This document shows positions 18,637 through 28,274 of a DNA stretch of 64,000 nucleotides, in pieces (position 1 is the stretch's first letter; each line of letters starts with the position of its first letter). Made by a program: the position numbers and the translations under genes. The notes below the pieces were generated by a model. The model did not search any database. It was not told the DNA's origin and saw only the letters and a program-made list of their open reading frames with translations. Source of the stretch: Acidobacteriota bacterium (GTDB taxonomy: Bacteria; Acidobacteriota; UBA6911; RPQK01; JAJDTT01). Location of the stretch: contig OZ253580.1 of NCBI GenBank assembly GCA_965263035.1, positions 4,160,001 to 4,224,000 on the forward strand, given 5' to 3'.

Positions 18637-18810
18637 CTTGGGTTCTCCTTTTCGGTATTGGAGCCGTGCCGCTCAAACCGGTATTCAACCGGGATCGGCC
18701 CACCGCTTACAGTCTTCGTGAAACCGTTATTCGGCGGTCCATCCCGCCTGCCCGGGTGACAGGGCAACCACAAGGGTCGCGTCCAAAAGAGTTGCCACCA
18801 TTTGCGCTTA
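17092..18810. repeat. ~1.7-kb direct repeat, copy 2
   Basis: Matches 9433-11150, including the upstream region up to gagttgccaccatttgc. Confidence 0.95.
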
Positions 18811-18965
18811 AATTCACCGGCACGTCAAGCCTGGAGACTTGGGACTGCGCGTCGCTCCGGCAGCGTCGGTTGGAATGAAGCGGATTCGTCGCCTAGAATC
18901 CATCGGTAGAACTAACTTGGCACCCTGATTCCTCAGATGGTCGTTTGAATGGGAGCCTGGGCTGT

Positions 18966-19721
18966 ATGAGCGACAGAACAAAGATTTCTCCTGAGGTCGT
19001 CGCGGCCTTTACCGATTCTATCCAGCATATTCTGGATAGAATCATGGAAGAAACGATTCGAGCCGAGGAGCCGGACGATCCTTTTGATTTCGACGAGCAG
19101 TCCTTCGAAGTCGTAGTGGCCGTTATCCAAATCCACCTGCAGAACTACAGTTGCCTCATCACGTGTTGTGAGAGTTGGATGCGTGAGCTCAAGGTGGGCG
19201 ACGACGTCGCGGTAGTGCATCGCGCGATGGGTCGGGTTGAAGCATACGTAGACACATTACGGGTAATGTCGGCGGAGATTCGTTCATGGCGCGCTACTGG
19301 AGAATATGCCGTTGCCAGACATCTGTTGGCCTCTGTCTATGAGCATATGCTGCACGATATCCAGGCATTCTTCGAGAGGGTTGTTGAAGCGGTTGCGGAT
19401 CCAATCGCCGCAGCCGAAAAGCAGGAGCTTGCGACGCTCGACTCGGTAGAGAGCTCCAGAGTGACAATTGACCATGACGCGCAAACGGTGGATATGGAAC
19501 TTATCTATGAAATGACGCCGGCACCGGCGCTGTCCGAGTTGGTGGTATGGATGAGGCGTATGCTCCGGCGCGAAGAACAGGAGTCTAATGCCACGGGTCA
19601 CGCACTGCGGCACAAGTACGACTCCTCCCGAACGAGGCACGAGCGCGGCTCCATTTTATCTTCGAGTTTTTTATATGGAGGTCTAATTGGATTGGGGCTC
19701 GGTATGTTGGACGATGATTGA
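18966..19721 (+). CDS. Hypothetical protein (acidic, probably helical)
   Basis: Long ORF filling the gap, with visibly less GC-biased codons than its neighbours. No family recognised; start uncertain. Confidence 0.6.
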   Translation: MSDRTKISPEVVAAFTDSIQHILDRIMEETIRAEEPDDPFDFDEQSFEVVVAVIQIHLQNYSCLITCCESWMRELKVGDDVAVVHRAMGRVEAYVDTLRVMSAEIRSWRATGEYAVARHLLASVYEHMLHDIQAFFERVVEAVADPIAAAEKQELATLDSVESSRVTIDHDAQTVDMELIYEMTPAPALSELVVWMRRMLRREEQESNATGHALRHKYDSSRTRHERGSILSSSFLYGGLIGLGLGMLDDD

Positions 19722-19759
19722 CGCTATGTAAGGCGCGTCAATGAAGTGGGCAGTGCCCC

Positions 19760-22441
19760 TCACGCCCGCTCCAGCTCACGGATGACGCGATCGCAGTTGA
19801 GCACCTTCTCCGCCAGATCCAGCGGGCGATAGTAGTAGTGGTTGGACGCCTCGTATCCGATTCTGGAGTCCTGTCGGGCAATCGGATAGAGCCGTCGAGC
19901 CAGGTCGATCTCATCCCGGGCGACTGACGCCATCTTCGCCCGGACCTGCCGGAGGTCGCCGGTCCCGGACTCCAACTGCTGGCGGAGGATGTAGAACATC
20001 ACCTGATTAGCAACGCTGCGAAAGTGGATGAAGCAGGTCTCGCTGACCCCCAGGTCTTTCCTCGCCTCCGCCCGCAGGTGCTCCGGAACTTGCTTCAGGG
20101 CTCTCCGTAGGGCGCCGAGTCCCTTTTCCCATTTCTCCGACATCGTGTGGAACTGTTTCTGCACCACCTCTTCCGGGTAGGCGCCGCGCCAGCCCGGCAC
20201 GTCGTCATGGGGGAACAGAATCATGCGGGATCGGTGACCCGTGGGATTCGACCGCAACAGATTGGCGGGTCCGTGCTGGACCGGGATCATGTAGATGCTG
20301 ATCCCGTACGGAAACTCTTCGAAGGCGTCACTGAAGGCCTTCCATGCCGCCTTGACCAGTGGCGCGGACTTCGGACCGTAATGGCGCTCCGCCACCTGCG
20401 TCAGGACCTCGTCGGGATCCGGCGTCGGCCACCGGCAATATTCCCGAGCGACCTCCAGATTGGGCGAAGGGTACCCGCCCACCGTCCAAGAGAGCATGAG
20501 ACCCTCGATTCCCACTCTCAAGAGGTTCTCGAGATGCCGCTGGGTCAGGTTCAGGACCGGTATGTAGGGGACAGCTGACATCTCCCAGCTGTTGTTGATC
20601 TGGATCTTGGCCAGGGCGCTGATCCCCCTCTGTCGCGCGGCCGTCCAGTGGCGCACCGCCCTCGGTCCCGGACCGACCACGGAGACGGAGTACTCGCCGA
20701 CCTGGGTGCGGACTCCGCCGCGGTGGACCGGTTGTTCCCACTCGCTGATGCTGAGCAGACGGACGTCTTGCGGAAGGCTGCGAATGGTGGCAAACGGGTC
20801 ATTGCCGTTCGGCACCCAGGAGTGCCCCCAGCCCCAGTCCCAGAAGATGATCTCGGCCTTTCGGCTGCTGCTGCGGATGCCGTCGCGGATTGCCTTCAGC
20901 ACGGCAGCCACCGTCTCCGAGGGGTCGATCCCGGGGCAACGCGGGCAGTTCTCGGGACGCCCTCTGGAGAAGCAGTTGGTCAGGTTCTCCGACATGGTGA
21001 TGTTGACGATTCCTCCCAGGTCCGGAACCTGGGCGAAGACGTGGCTCAGACCTTCCGAGACCCACTGGAGGACCGGCTCCGTGTTGGTGCACATGGCGAA
21101 GTAGCGGGGATCGGCGACATCGTATGTGCCCTGGATCTCGGGACGGCCCCGAAAAAAGGACTCGGGCATGGCTCGGGGTTCGTTGATGTAGAGCAGGACC
21201 TTCATGCCGTACTTGGCACATCGGTTCACCAGCCGGTTGAGCCGTTCGAGGCGTGTCTGCCAACCCTCGCCGAATTCGGGAAAGATGCCGGAAGGGGCGA
21301 GCTGCCGCAGGACGCCCTGCATCCAGACTCCATTGACTCCCAGGCGCGCCAATTTCTCCAGGTATGCCGGCGGGAACGGGTCGATGTCCTCCTCCATCAG
21401 GGGATCCCCGTAGAGGGCGACGTAGGAGTACAGGTAGCTTGTCTCCAGTCGCCGGGCTCTTCGGATCGTCCCCCTGGGCAGGAAGGGACCCTGGCGCTGC
21501 TCCATCCGCATCTGCATCTCGTAGACGGCCTGACGAATTCCCCCCGGATCGGACGCCAGAACCGTCACCGAATCGGCGTCGATCCGGATCTCGAAACTAT
21601 TCGGAACCGACGCGAAGTCCGGATCCAGCAGGAACCGGAGCGTTCGCGCATTCGCCCCCCCGCCTTCGCCGACAGCCTGGGTGGGACACTGCAAGGTGTC
21701 CCGCAGGTAGGCCCGAAACCTCTGAGCCAGCTCATTCAGCTCGGCTTGATCCGGTATCCGAACGGCCCAACCGGAGAGATCGATCTCCTCCCGAGACGCT
21801 TGTGCGCGCGGGTCACGATGCGCCGGGATCTCGCTCCGGCTCAGATCGTGAACGAATCGAAACGGCTCCTCCCCGGTTTCGTGCAAACCTTTTCCAAAGG
21901 TGTCAGACACCAGCCGCCGGATCTCCGATGTCCTGTGCCGCTCCTCGGGAGTCGGAGCCGCCCAACGGATCGGCTCGCATTTCGGTTTGGGTCCGAGCTT
22001 GTAGAACAGGAAGTCGTCTTCCCGCAGAGTGAAGTCGTAATGCTCCCGATCCCAACCGAGCAGGGCGATCAACTGCTCTTCGGGCAGCAGGTGCCAGTTC
22101 TGGCGGATCACGGAGATGTAGATGCGGCGGAGCTGTTCGGCGGTCAGGGTCGGCTTATGGGGAAGGCCCATCGACTCCCCCAATTGAACGATCTGATCGG
22201 CGGTGGTTCCGACGACCCGGGCCATGCGTCCTGCGTTGGCCAATTCCCAGTCTCTCCAGACGAACTGATGGAGCCGAATGGGGAAGTGGGGCTCGGAAAT
22301 GGGAGCCGAGAAGTCCCCATAGCGAGCCTCGATGGGAGCCTGAGGCCGAGCCAGACCGGTCAGAACCGCCGGAGTCGCGACGGCGCCGGCCAGAAACTCT
22401 CTTCGGTTGGGAGACATTCTTCGGATAAATCGCTGCGACAT
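19760..22441 (-). CDS. Tat-exported hypothetical glycoside hydrolase-like protein
   Basis: NRREFL Tat motif, a zincin-like segment (SDPGGIRQAVYE) and a TIM-barrel-like core (LARLGVNGVWMQG). Confidence 0.6.
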   Translation of the reverse strand: MSQRFIRRMSPNRREFLAGAVATPAVLTGLARPQAPIEARYGDFSAPISEPHFPIRLHQFVWRDWELANAGRMARVVGTTADQIVQLGESMGLPHKPTLTAEQLRRIYISVIRQNWHLLPEEQLIALLGWDREHYDFTLREDDFLFYKLGPKPKCEPIRWAAPTPEERHRTSEIRRLVSDTFGKGLHETGEEPFRFVHDLSRSEIPAHRDPRAQASREEIDLSGWAVRIPDQAELNELAQRFRAYLRDTLQCPTQAVGEGGGANARTLRFLLDPDFASVPNSFEIRIDADSVTVLASDPGGIRQAVYEMQMRMEQRQGPFLPRGTIRRARRLETSYLYSYVALYGDPLMEEDIDPFPPAYLEKLARLGVNGVWMQGVLRQLAPSGIFPEFGEGWQTRLERLNRLVNRCAKYGMKVLLYINEPRAMPESFFRGRPEIQGTYDVADPRYFAMCTNTEPVLQWVSEGLSHVFAQVPDLGGIVNITMSENLTNCFSRGRPENCPRCPGIDPSETVAAVLKAIRDGIRSSSRKAEIIFWDWGWGHSWVPNGNDPFATIRSLPQDVRLLSISEWEQPVHRGGVRTQVGEYSVSVVGPGPRAVRHWTAARQRGISALAKIQINNSWEMSAVPYIPVLNLTQRHLENLLRVGIEGLMLSWTVGGYPSPNLEVAREYCRWPTPDPDEVLTQVAERHYGPKSAPLVKAAWKAFSDAFEEFPYGISIYMIPVQHGPANLLRSNPTGHRSRMILFPHDDVPGWRGAYPEEVVQKQFHTMSEKWEKGLGALRRALKQVPEHLRAEARKDLGVSETCFIHFRSVANQVMFYILRQQLESGTGDLRQVRAKMASVARDEIDLARRLYPIARQDSRIGYEASNHYYYRPLDLAEKVLNCDRVIRELERA

Positions 22442-22678
22442 GAACCTGTCTCGAAAAAACTGAAGGAGAGTGCGATTCCTTGACCTGAATTATTGCATTT
22501 TGGGACAATTCGATCATTCAACCAGCGCATTGACTCCACCTTCCAACCGGAGCCAGGCACTCGAGGAAATGGACGACACCGGGCTCTCGATTCAAAACGG
22601 AAGCCAGGGTCCGGCTCGCGCTCTGAGGGTTTGCTTCAGGGCCGGTCCCATGGCCGAAAAGCGGAAAGGGACGAGACC

Positions 22679-24304
22679 ATGAAGAGCAGACGGAAGTTCC
22701 TGACGGAAACAGCAGCGTTCACCACTCTGGGGACCCTCGCATGCGGCGTGTCTCCTGAGCATTCGGGCGAAGCCACGCGGCACCGGTCCGAGACTCCGTC
22801 TTGGCCCACACCTTTGCTGATGCCCGACGACTTCAGCGAGCTGCACCTGACCGCCTGGCGTGTGGAGCCCGGGATCCCCGATCCGGAGAACCCTCTCCTG
22901 GAGGGGGACATGCCGTGGGATGCCGGTGGCATCGGAATCCACAGCTCGGTGTTCAAGGACCCCAGGAACGGACGATGGAAGGCCTATCTCGTGGCCACTC
23001 CTCCGGAGGAGACGGCCCGGGACTGGCGCAGTCCATGGGCTTCCAACAACCACTCCAAGCGCCGCCTCTGCCTGTTCGAGAGCGACGACGGAGTCCGCTG
23101 GTCCCGGCCCAGCCTGTCGAACGCTTCGTTCGGCCCACATGAGAAGACCAACATTATCTTCGACCTCGACCAGGGGACGGCCGCCTATTCCTCCGTCATG
23201 GTCGATACCGGCGACGCTGACATGCCCTACGAGATGTACGTCCTTCGTTTTGCTTCCGTCGAGGGAGAAGCACCGGCGGGAACCGGCTATTACCGATACC
23301 GCTCCCGTGATGGTTATCGCTGGGAGCTCTTTGGTGAACCCATCTACGACCCAATGAGCGGCGATCTCTGTTTCTTCTATCGCTACGGTCCAGGAGAGCA
23401 TGTCGCCTATTACCGGCTGGGTGGAAAGAAGCAACCGGGCGACCATGTCCCGATCTACGAGGATGCGCCCCGCCGGACCGTCTACCGGGCGACGAGCGAA
23501 GACGGGAACGTGTGGACGCGGGACGAGTCCATGATCTTGACCGTGGACGAGCGCGACCACCGGGACACTCAATACCAGGAGCTGGTGCCCCACCGGGTCC
23601 CCGGCGGATACCTGGGGATGGTGACCATGTATCGCCCCCTCACCCAGACCCTGAACCTGCGCCTGGCGGCGTCACGGGACGGCCGCCGCTGGTGGTATCC
23701 GGACCGCCGGCCCTGTCTGGACAACGCTCCCCTGGGCGACTATGGGGGAGGCATGATCTGGCAGAGTCAGTATCTGATCGAGGAGGACAGCCGAATCCAC
23801 CTCTACTACGGGGGGACCGAAGGGCCGCACCGGCAGATCTTCGACACCCGCGCTCCCAGCCAGCAGGTCGGTTACCTGGAAAGCGTCATCGATCACGGGG
23901 CCCATTTTCTGCCCTTCAATTCCGCCCTCTGCCGCGCCTCCTGGCAGTTGGGGCGAATGTACGCACTGATCCCCGCCGCCGGCGGACCGACACTCGGTAT
24001 GGCGGTGACCCGGGAGCAAGATCTGGCGAATCGGTCGTTGCGGGTCAATCTCGTCACTCGGCCGGCCAAGAAATCGACGCGACCGGACTTGGATGCCGGC
24101 TATCTGCAGGTGGAGCTGTTGGACGCGGAGGATCGGCCCTTGGAGGGTTTTGAGAGGAATGACTGCAGCCCGTTACGAGGCGATCATGCGGACTTGCGCG
24201 TCGTCTGGAACGGGGGCACACAGGCGCCGGAAGGAGCCCGCAAGGCCAAGTTCTATCTGAAGCGCGCGTTTCTGTACGGTTTCGAGTTTCAGATCAGCTC
24301 GTGA
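22679..24304 (+). CDS. Tat-exported beta-propeller glycosidase-like protein (same family as the 514-aa pair)
   Basis: SRRKFL Tat motif plus lipobox LAC. ESDDGVRW, SRDGYRW, SEDGNVW and SRDGRRW repeats, and a C-terminal domain (EGF...DC...GD...FYL...LYGF) shared with the 514-aa proteins. Confidence 0.65.
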   Translation: MKSRRKFLTETAAFTTLGTLACGVSPEHSGEATRHRSETPSWPTPLLMPDDFSELHLTAWRVEPGIPDPENPLLEGDMPWDAGGIGIHSSVFKDPRNGRWKAYLVATPPEETARDWRSPWASNNHSKRRLCLFESDDGVRWSRPSLSNASFGPHEKTNIIFDLDQGTAAYSSVMVDTGDADMPYEMYVLRFASVEGEAPAGTGYYRYRSRDGYRWELFGEPIYDPMSGDLCFFYRYGPGEHVAYYRLGGKKQPGDHVPIYEDAPRRTVYRATSEDGNVWTRDESMILTVDERDHRDTQYQELVPHRVPGGYLGMVTMYRPLTQTLNLRLAASRDGRRWWYPDRRPCLDNAPLGDYGGGMIWQSQYLIEEDSRIHLYYGGTEGPHRQIFDTRAPSQQVGYLESVIDHGAHFLPFNSALCRASWQLGRMYALIPAAGGPTLGMAVTREQDLANRSLRVNLVTRPAKKSTRPDLDAGYLQVELLDAEDRPLEGFERNDCSPLRGDHADLRVVWNGGTQAPEGARKAKFYLKRAFLYGFEFQISS

Positions 24305-25650
24305 ACGGGCTGGCCGGTGGTGTCGTCGATGGAGTTGGCGATCTTGACGGGACGGCCGATGGGACTCATGTACTCCTTGGTCCAATCGATGCCGAACGCC
24401 TTGTAGACGGTGGCGTGCACGTCTCCCATGGAGACCCTGCGTTCGGCCACGAAGGCGCCCCGCTCGTCGCTGGTTCCCACGACCTTGCCTCCCTCGACGC
24501 CGCCCCCTCCCAGGATCATTGACCAGCAGTGCGGCCAGTGGTCGCGTCCGCCCTTGGAGTTGAAGCGGGGGGTGCGTCCGAACTCTCCCATGACCAGGAC
24601 CAGGGTGGACTCCAGCAGTCCCCGTTCCTCCAGATCGTCCAGCAGCACGGGTAGGGACTGCTCCAGACCCGGGACCAGCTTGTCCCGGTGGCTCTTGTCG
24701 TTGTTGGCATGCGTGTCCCAGCCGTTGAGATCGTGGCCGGCCGCAGTGACGAAGCGGCTTCCCGTCTCCACCAGCCGGCGCGACAGCAGCAGGCTCTGAC
24801 CGAAACCGGTGCGGCCGTAGGCGTCGCGAGTCTTCTCGGACTCCTTGGAGAGGTCGAAGGCCTCTCGGACCTCGGGGGAGAGGACCATGTTCACGGCCTG
24901 CTCGGTGAAGCTGTCCATCTTGAAGGCTTCGGCCATCTCCATCTTCCGCCGGTAGGTCTCGTCCATCAGGGCCAGGAGTGAGCGCCGGTCCTCCAGCCGT
25001 TTCGGTGAAATCGCCTTGGGCAGGCTCAGGTCCTGGACCTGGAAATCGTCGCTGTTGGGATCGGTGCCCACCACCATGGGATCGTACTTGGCGTCCAGAA
25101 ACGCCCCCTTCAGGTACGTTCCCTTGCCCCCTTCCTTGTAACCGGGGACCGCAACATGTGCCGGAACATGGTTTCTGGGGCCCCGTTCCCGGGTGACGAT
25201 GGAGCCGAAGGAGGGAAACTGCATGGCCGCCGTGGGCCGGTGTCCGGTAAGGGCGTAGTAGGTCCCCTGGCCGTGGTTGTTCTCCTCCGTCTGCATGGAC
25301 CGGATGATGGAGACCTTGTCCATGCGCTTGGCCATGCGGGGAAGGAGGCTGGAAATCTGGATTCCGGGAACGTTGGTGGAGATGGGCCTGAAGCTGCTGT
25401 TGGATTTGGGGTCCCACATGTCGACGTGGCTCGGCCCCCCGTCCAGCCAGACCAGGATGCATGACTTGGCCGTGGCGTTTGCTTCCGCGTCGATACCGGC
25501 TTCTGCGAAGACGCTCTTGGCTTGGAGATACTGGCTGAGGCTGATGCCGAACAGGCTGAGGGCCCCGGTCCGGATGAACTCGCGGCGCTTCAGCAGCGAC
25601 TCGGTGCAGGTCAGACAGCCGATCTTGTCGCCGGGCTTGGGTACGCTCAT
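24289..25650 (-). CDS. DUF1501 domain-containing protein
   Basis: KRREFI Tat-like motif, WLDGGPSHVDMWDPK, GWDTH, GEFGRTP and GRDHW. Confidence 0.92.
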   Translation of the reverse strand: MSVPKPGDKIGCLTCTESLLKRREFIRTGALSLFGISLSQYLQAKSVFAEAGIDAEANATAKSCILVWLDGGPSHVDMWDPKSNSSFRPISTNVPGIQISSLLPRMAKRMDKVSIIRSMQTEENNHGQGTYYALTGHRPTAAMQFPSFGSIVTRERGPRNHVPAHVAVPGYKEGGKGTYLKGAFLDAKYDPMVVGTDPNSDDFQVQDLSLPKAISPKRLEDRRSLLALMDETYRRKMEMAEAFKMDSFTEQAVNMVLSPEVREAFDLSKESEKTRDAYGRTGFGQSLLLSRRLVETGSRFVTAAGHDLNGWDTHANNDKSHRDKLVPGLEQSLPVLLDDLEERGLLESTLVLVMGEFGRTPRFNSKGGRDHWPHCWSMILGGGGVEGGKVVGTSDERGAFVAERRVSMGDVHATVYKAFGIDWTKEYMSPIGRPVKIANSIDDTTGQPVHELI

Positions 25651-25712
25651 GAGGGGATTTCCTTCTCGGCTCTCCAGGCTATTCTATACCAGATATCCCC
25701 GTCCTTCGGCCA

Positions 25713-28274
25713 TCAGTTCGAAGCGAACTCCCGGGATGTGATCATCGCCCACATTATGTCCTGCAAGGCCTCCTCCCGCGACTTGCTGGAGGCGACCACG
25801 TGCTCCAGCCGGGACCGCTCCCTGTCGGTGGGCAGCCGGCTCAGCGCCCTCAGATACAGCTCTTCGATGGTCTCCCCGTCCGACTTCCCGGCCTCCAGGA
25901 GTCGCTGAAGCCGGTTGCCGGGATGGGAGATTTTCTCCTGGTATGTCGAGCCGACCATGATGTGGAGCGCCTTCTTCAGGCTGGCGTCGTTCTTGCGCTC
26001 GGGGATGCTGGCGCGGTTGGGACGATCGTGAATGTCCAGGAACTTGGACGAGTAGAGGTCCGGGACCCGGAGGTGAATGGCGCGGGCGCCCGGGGGAGCG
26101 TTGCCCATCCAGTTGTTCTTGAAGGTTTCGGGGACTCCCGTGACGTTGGAGATGGCGTCCAGGAGAATCTCCGCGTCCAGATCCCGGCGCATCCGGTGAG
26201 AATAGTTGACCCTGTCGTTCGGGTTGGTGGCGTTGGGAACGGCTGAGAGCTGGTAGGTGTGGGACTTGGCGATGAGCCGCAGCAGCCGTTTGAGATCGTA
26301 GCCGTTCTTGGAGAAGTCCCGGGCCAGTTCGTCCAGCAGCTCGGGATGAGTCGGAGGGTTGGTGGAACGGAAGTCGTCCACCGGGTCCACGATCCCCCTG
26401 CCGAACATGTGTCCCCACATCCGGTTCACGATAGTCCGGGAGAAGTTGGGCTGGGCCGTGATCCACTCGGCCAGGGCCAGTCGAGGATCGAATGATTTCT
26501 CCTCGGGCAACGGCGTCCCGTCGGGAAACAAAGGGGAGACTTCCTGGCCGGTCCGAGGATGGAGGACTTTGACCGTGTCCTCCGACTCCTCGTAGTCGGG
26601 GACGCGGCCGCCCGGGTCCTCAAAGACCACGATGGCGCCCTCGGAGGTCCACTCGGTCCGGCTGAGCCGTCCGAAGAAGGCCGCCAGGCCCCAGAACTGG
26701 TCCTGAGACCACTCTTCGAAGGGATGATGGTGGCACTGGGCGCAGTCGAGCCGGTATCCCAGGAAGACCCTCATCTCCTCGGGCATGACGTCCTGGGGTA
26801 TGGAAACCTCTCCGTTCTGCAGGAAGTGCCGGGAGGGTCCGTCGTTTCCCTGTGCCGAAATCCGCTCCCGGGCCATCTGATCGTAGGGCTTGTTCTCGGT
26901 CAGGCTGTTGCGAATCCAGGCCCAATAGACCAGGGAATGGGCCGGCGTCCCCGTGGACGAGTAGGAGACCCGGAAGAGATCGCTGAAGCGGAAGGTCCAA
27001 TAGTCGATGTACTCGGGCGTGTCCAGCAACGTGTCGATGAGATGGTCCCGTTTCGCGGGATCGGTGCTGTTCAGAAACTCGCGAGCCCGATCCGGCGGCG
27101 GAAGGGTGCCGGTCAGGTCCAGGCAGATCCGCCGCAGGAATTCTTCGTCCGAAGAGAGGCTCGAGGGGGCGATCCGTAGTCTTCGCAGCTTGGAGAAGAC
27201 GTGCCGGTCGATGAGGTTGTTCCGAGTCACCTGTGGGACGGCAGACACCGCATCGGCGATGACGCCGATCCGGGAATTGGCGACCCTTCCCGGCGCCCGT
27301 ACCAGCAGAGCCGTCTCTCCCGTGGCGACGGCCTCCACGCGGCCGGTGGCTGAGATCCGAACCAGTCCGGGGTTGACGGTCTCATAGCGCACCCGGTCCG
27401 TCAGATCCTCGGTCCTTCCGTTGCCGAGATGTCCGGTGACCAGCAACTGCCGGTGCTGGCCCTTCTCCAAGACCAGATAAGAGGGAAAGACCTCGATTTT
27501 TTGGATCCGCAACTGCTCCTCTTCCCGCACCGGAGCGCCATCTCGAACCCAGTCGCGAATCAGCGCGTAGTCGGCGGAATCCGGAGCGAAGCGGCTGCCT
27601 CCGCCATGGGGGATCTGGAACGTCGGCTTCTGAAGCAGCAGGCTCCGTTCCGGATTTTTCGAATCCACTCGAGGCCGGATCGGTTCCGCGCTCTCGGGCG
27701 ACAGGACCTGATAGGTGCCGCCCTCCACGATCCAACGATGGTCTTCTTGCGGATGCCGTGCGTCCAGAGAGAGCTTGAAACCGCCGCGGCCCTTGACTCC
27801 GCCGTGACACGCGGAATCGTTGCAGCCGCGCCGCGTAAGTATGCCTCCGATATCTCTGGAGAAACTGAAAGGCTTCGGTGCCTGACTCTCGCGCACTTCG
27901 ACGGAGGCCCGGGAAACCTGACCCTGGAATTCCGCCCGGACCGTCGTCTGCCCGTCGTTCCGGGCAATCAGCTTGCCTTCGGTCCGCAGATCCGCGATTT
28001 CACGGTCATTCACCTCAAGACGGCTGTCGGCGGTCACGTCCCGCTCCATGCCGTCCGCGAAGGTCGCCACCACCACCAGTCGCTGGGGGGCGTCGGCACC
28101 CCACATTCGGATCTCGTGAGGCATCAGGCGCAACGAAAGAACTTGGGGTTGGTGGGAGGGTACGGGAGCCGGCGTTCCCGAAAACAGCAGCGAGGCGCTC
28201 AGAGCCAGGACGGCTACCCCTGGTACTCCGAACGGAGCGCGGATCCGGACTGTCCGTTCCTTCGACGCCTTCAT
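25713..28274 (-). CDS. DUF1549/DUF1553 (PSCyt/PSD1-type) protein with Ig-like (Big_2) domains
   Basis: CNDSACHG, FLRRICLDLTGTLP, CAQCHHHPF, NRMWGHMFGRGIVDPVDD, THPELLDEL and SREF. The ATG at 28274 overlaps the upstream stop. Confidence 0.9.
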   Translation of the reverse strand: MKASKERTVRIRAPFGVPGVAVLALSASLLFSGTPAPVPSHQPQVLSLRLMPHEIRMWGADAPQRLVVVATFADGMERDVTADSRLEVNDREIADLRTEGKLIARNDGQTTVRAEFQGQVSRASVEVRESQAPKPFSFSRDIGGILTRRGCNDSACHGGVKGRGGFKLSLDARHPQEDHRWIVEGGTYQVLSPESAEPIRPRVDSKNPERSLLLQKPTFQIPHGGGSRFAPDSADYALIRDWVRDGAPVREEEQLRIQKIEVFPSYLVLEKGQHRQLLVTGHLGNGRTEDLTDRVRYETVNPGLVRISATGRVEAVATGETALLVRAPGRVANSRIGVIADAVSAVPQVTRNNLIDRHVFSKLRRLRIAPSSLSSDEEFLRRICLDLTGTLPPPDRAREFLNSTDPAKRDHLIDTLLDTPEYIDYWTFRFSDLFRVSYSSTGTPAHSLVYWAWIRNSLTENKPYDQMARERISAQGNDGPSRHFLQNGEVSIPQDVMPEEMRVFLGYRLDCAQCHHHPFEEWSQDQFWGLAAFFGRLSRTEWTSEGAIVVFEDPGGRVPDYEESEDTVKVLHPRTGQEVSPLFPDGTPLPEEKSFDPRLALAEWITAQPNFSRTIVNRMWGHMFGRGIVDPVDDFRSTNPPTHPELLDELARDFSKNGYDLKRLLRLIAKSHTYQLSAVPNATNPNDRVNYSHRMRRDLDAEILLDAISNVTGVPETFKNNWMGNAPPGARAIHLRVPDLYSSKFLDIHDRPNRASIPERKNDASLKKALHIMVGSTYQEKISHPGNRLQRLLEAGKSDGETIEELYLRALSRLPTDRERSRLEHVVASSKSREEALQDIMWAMITSREFASN

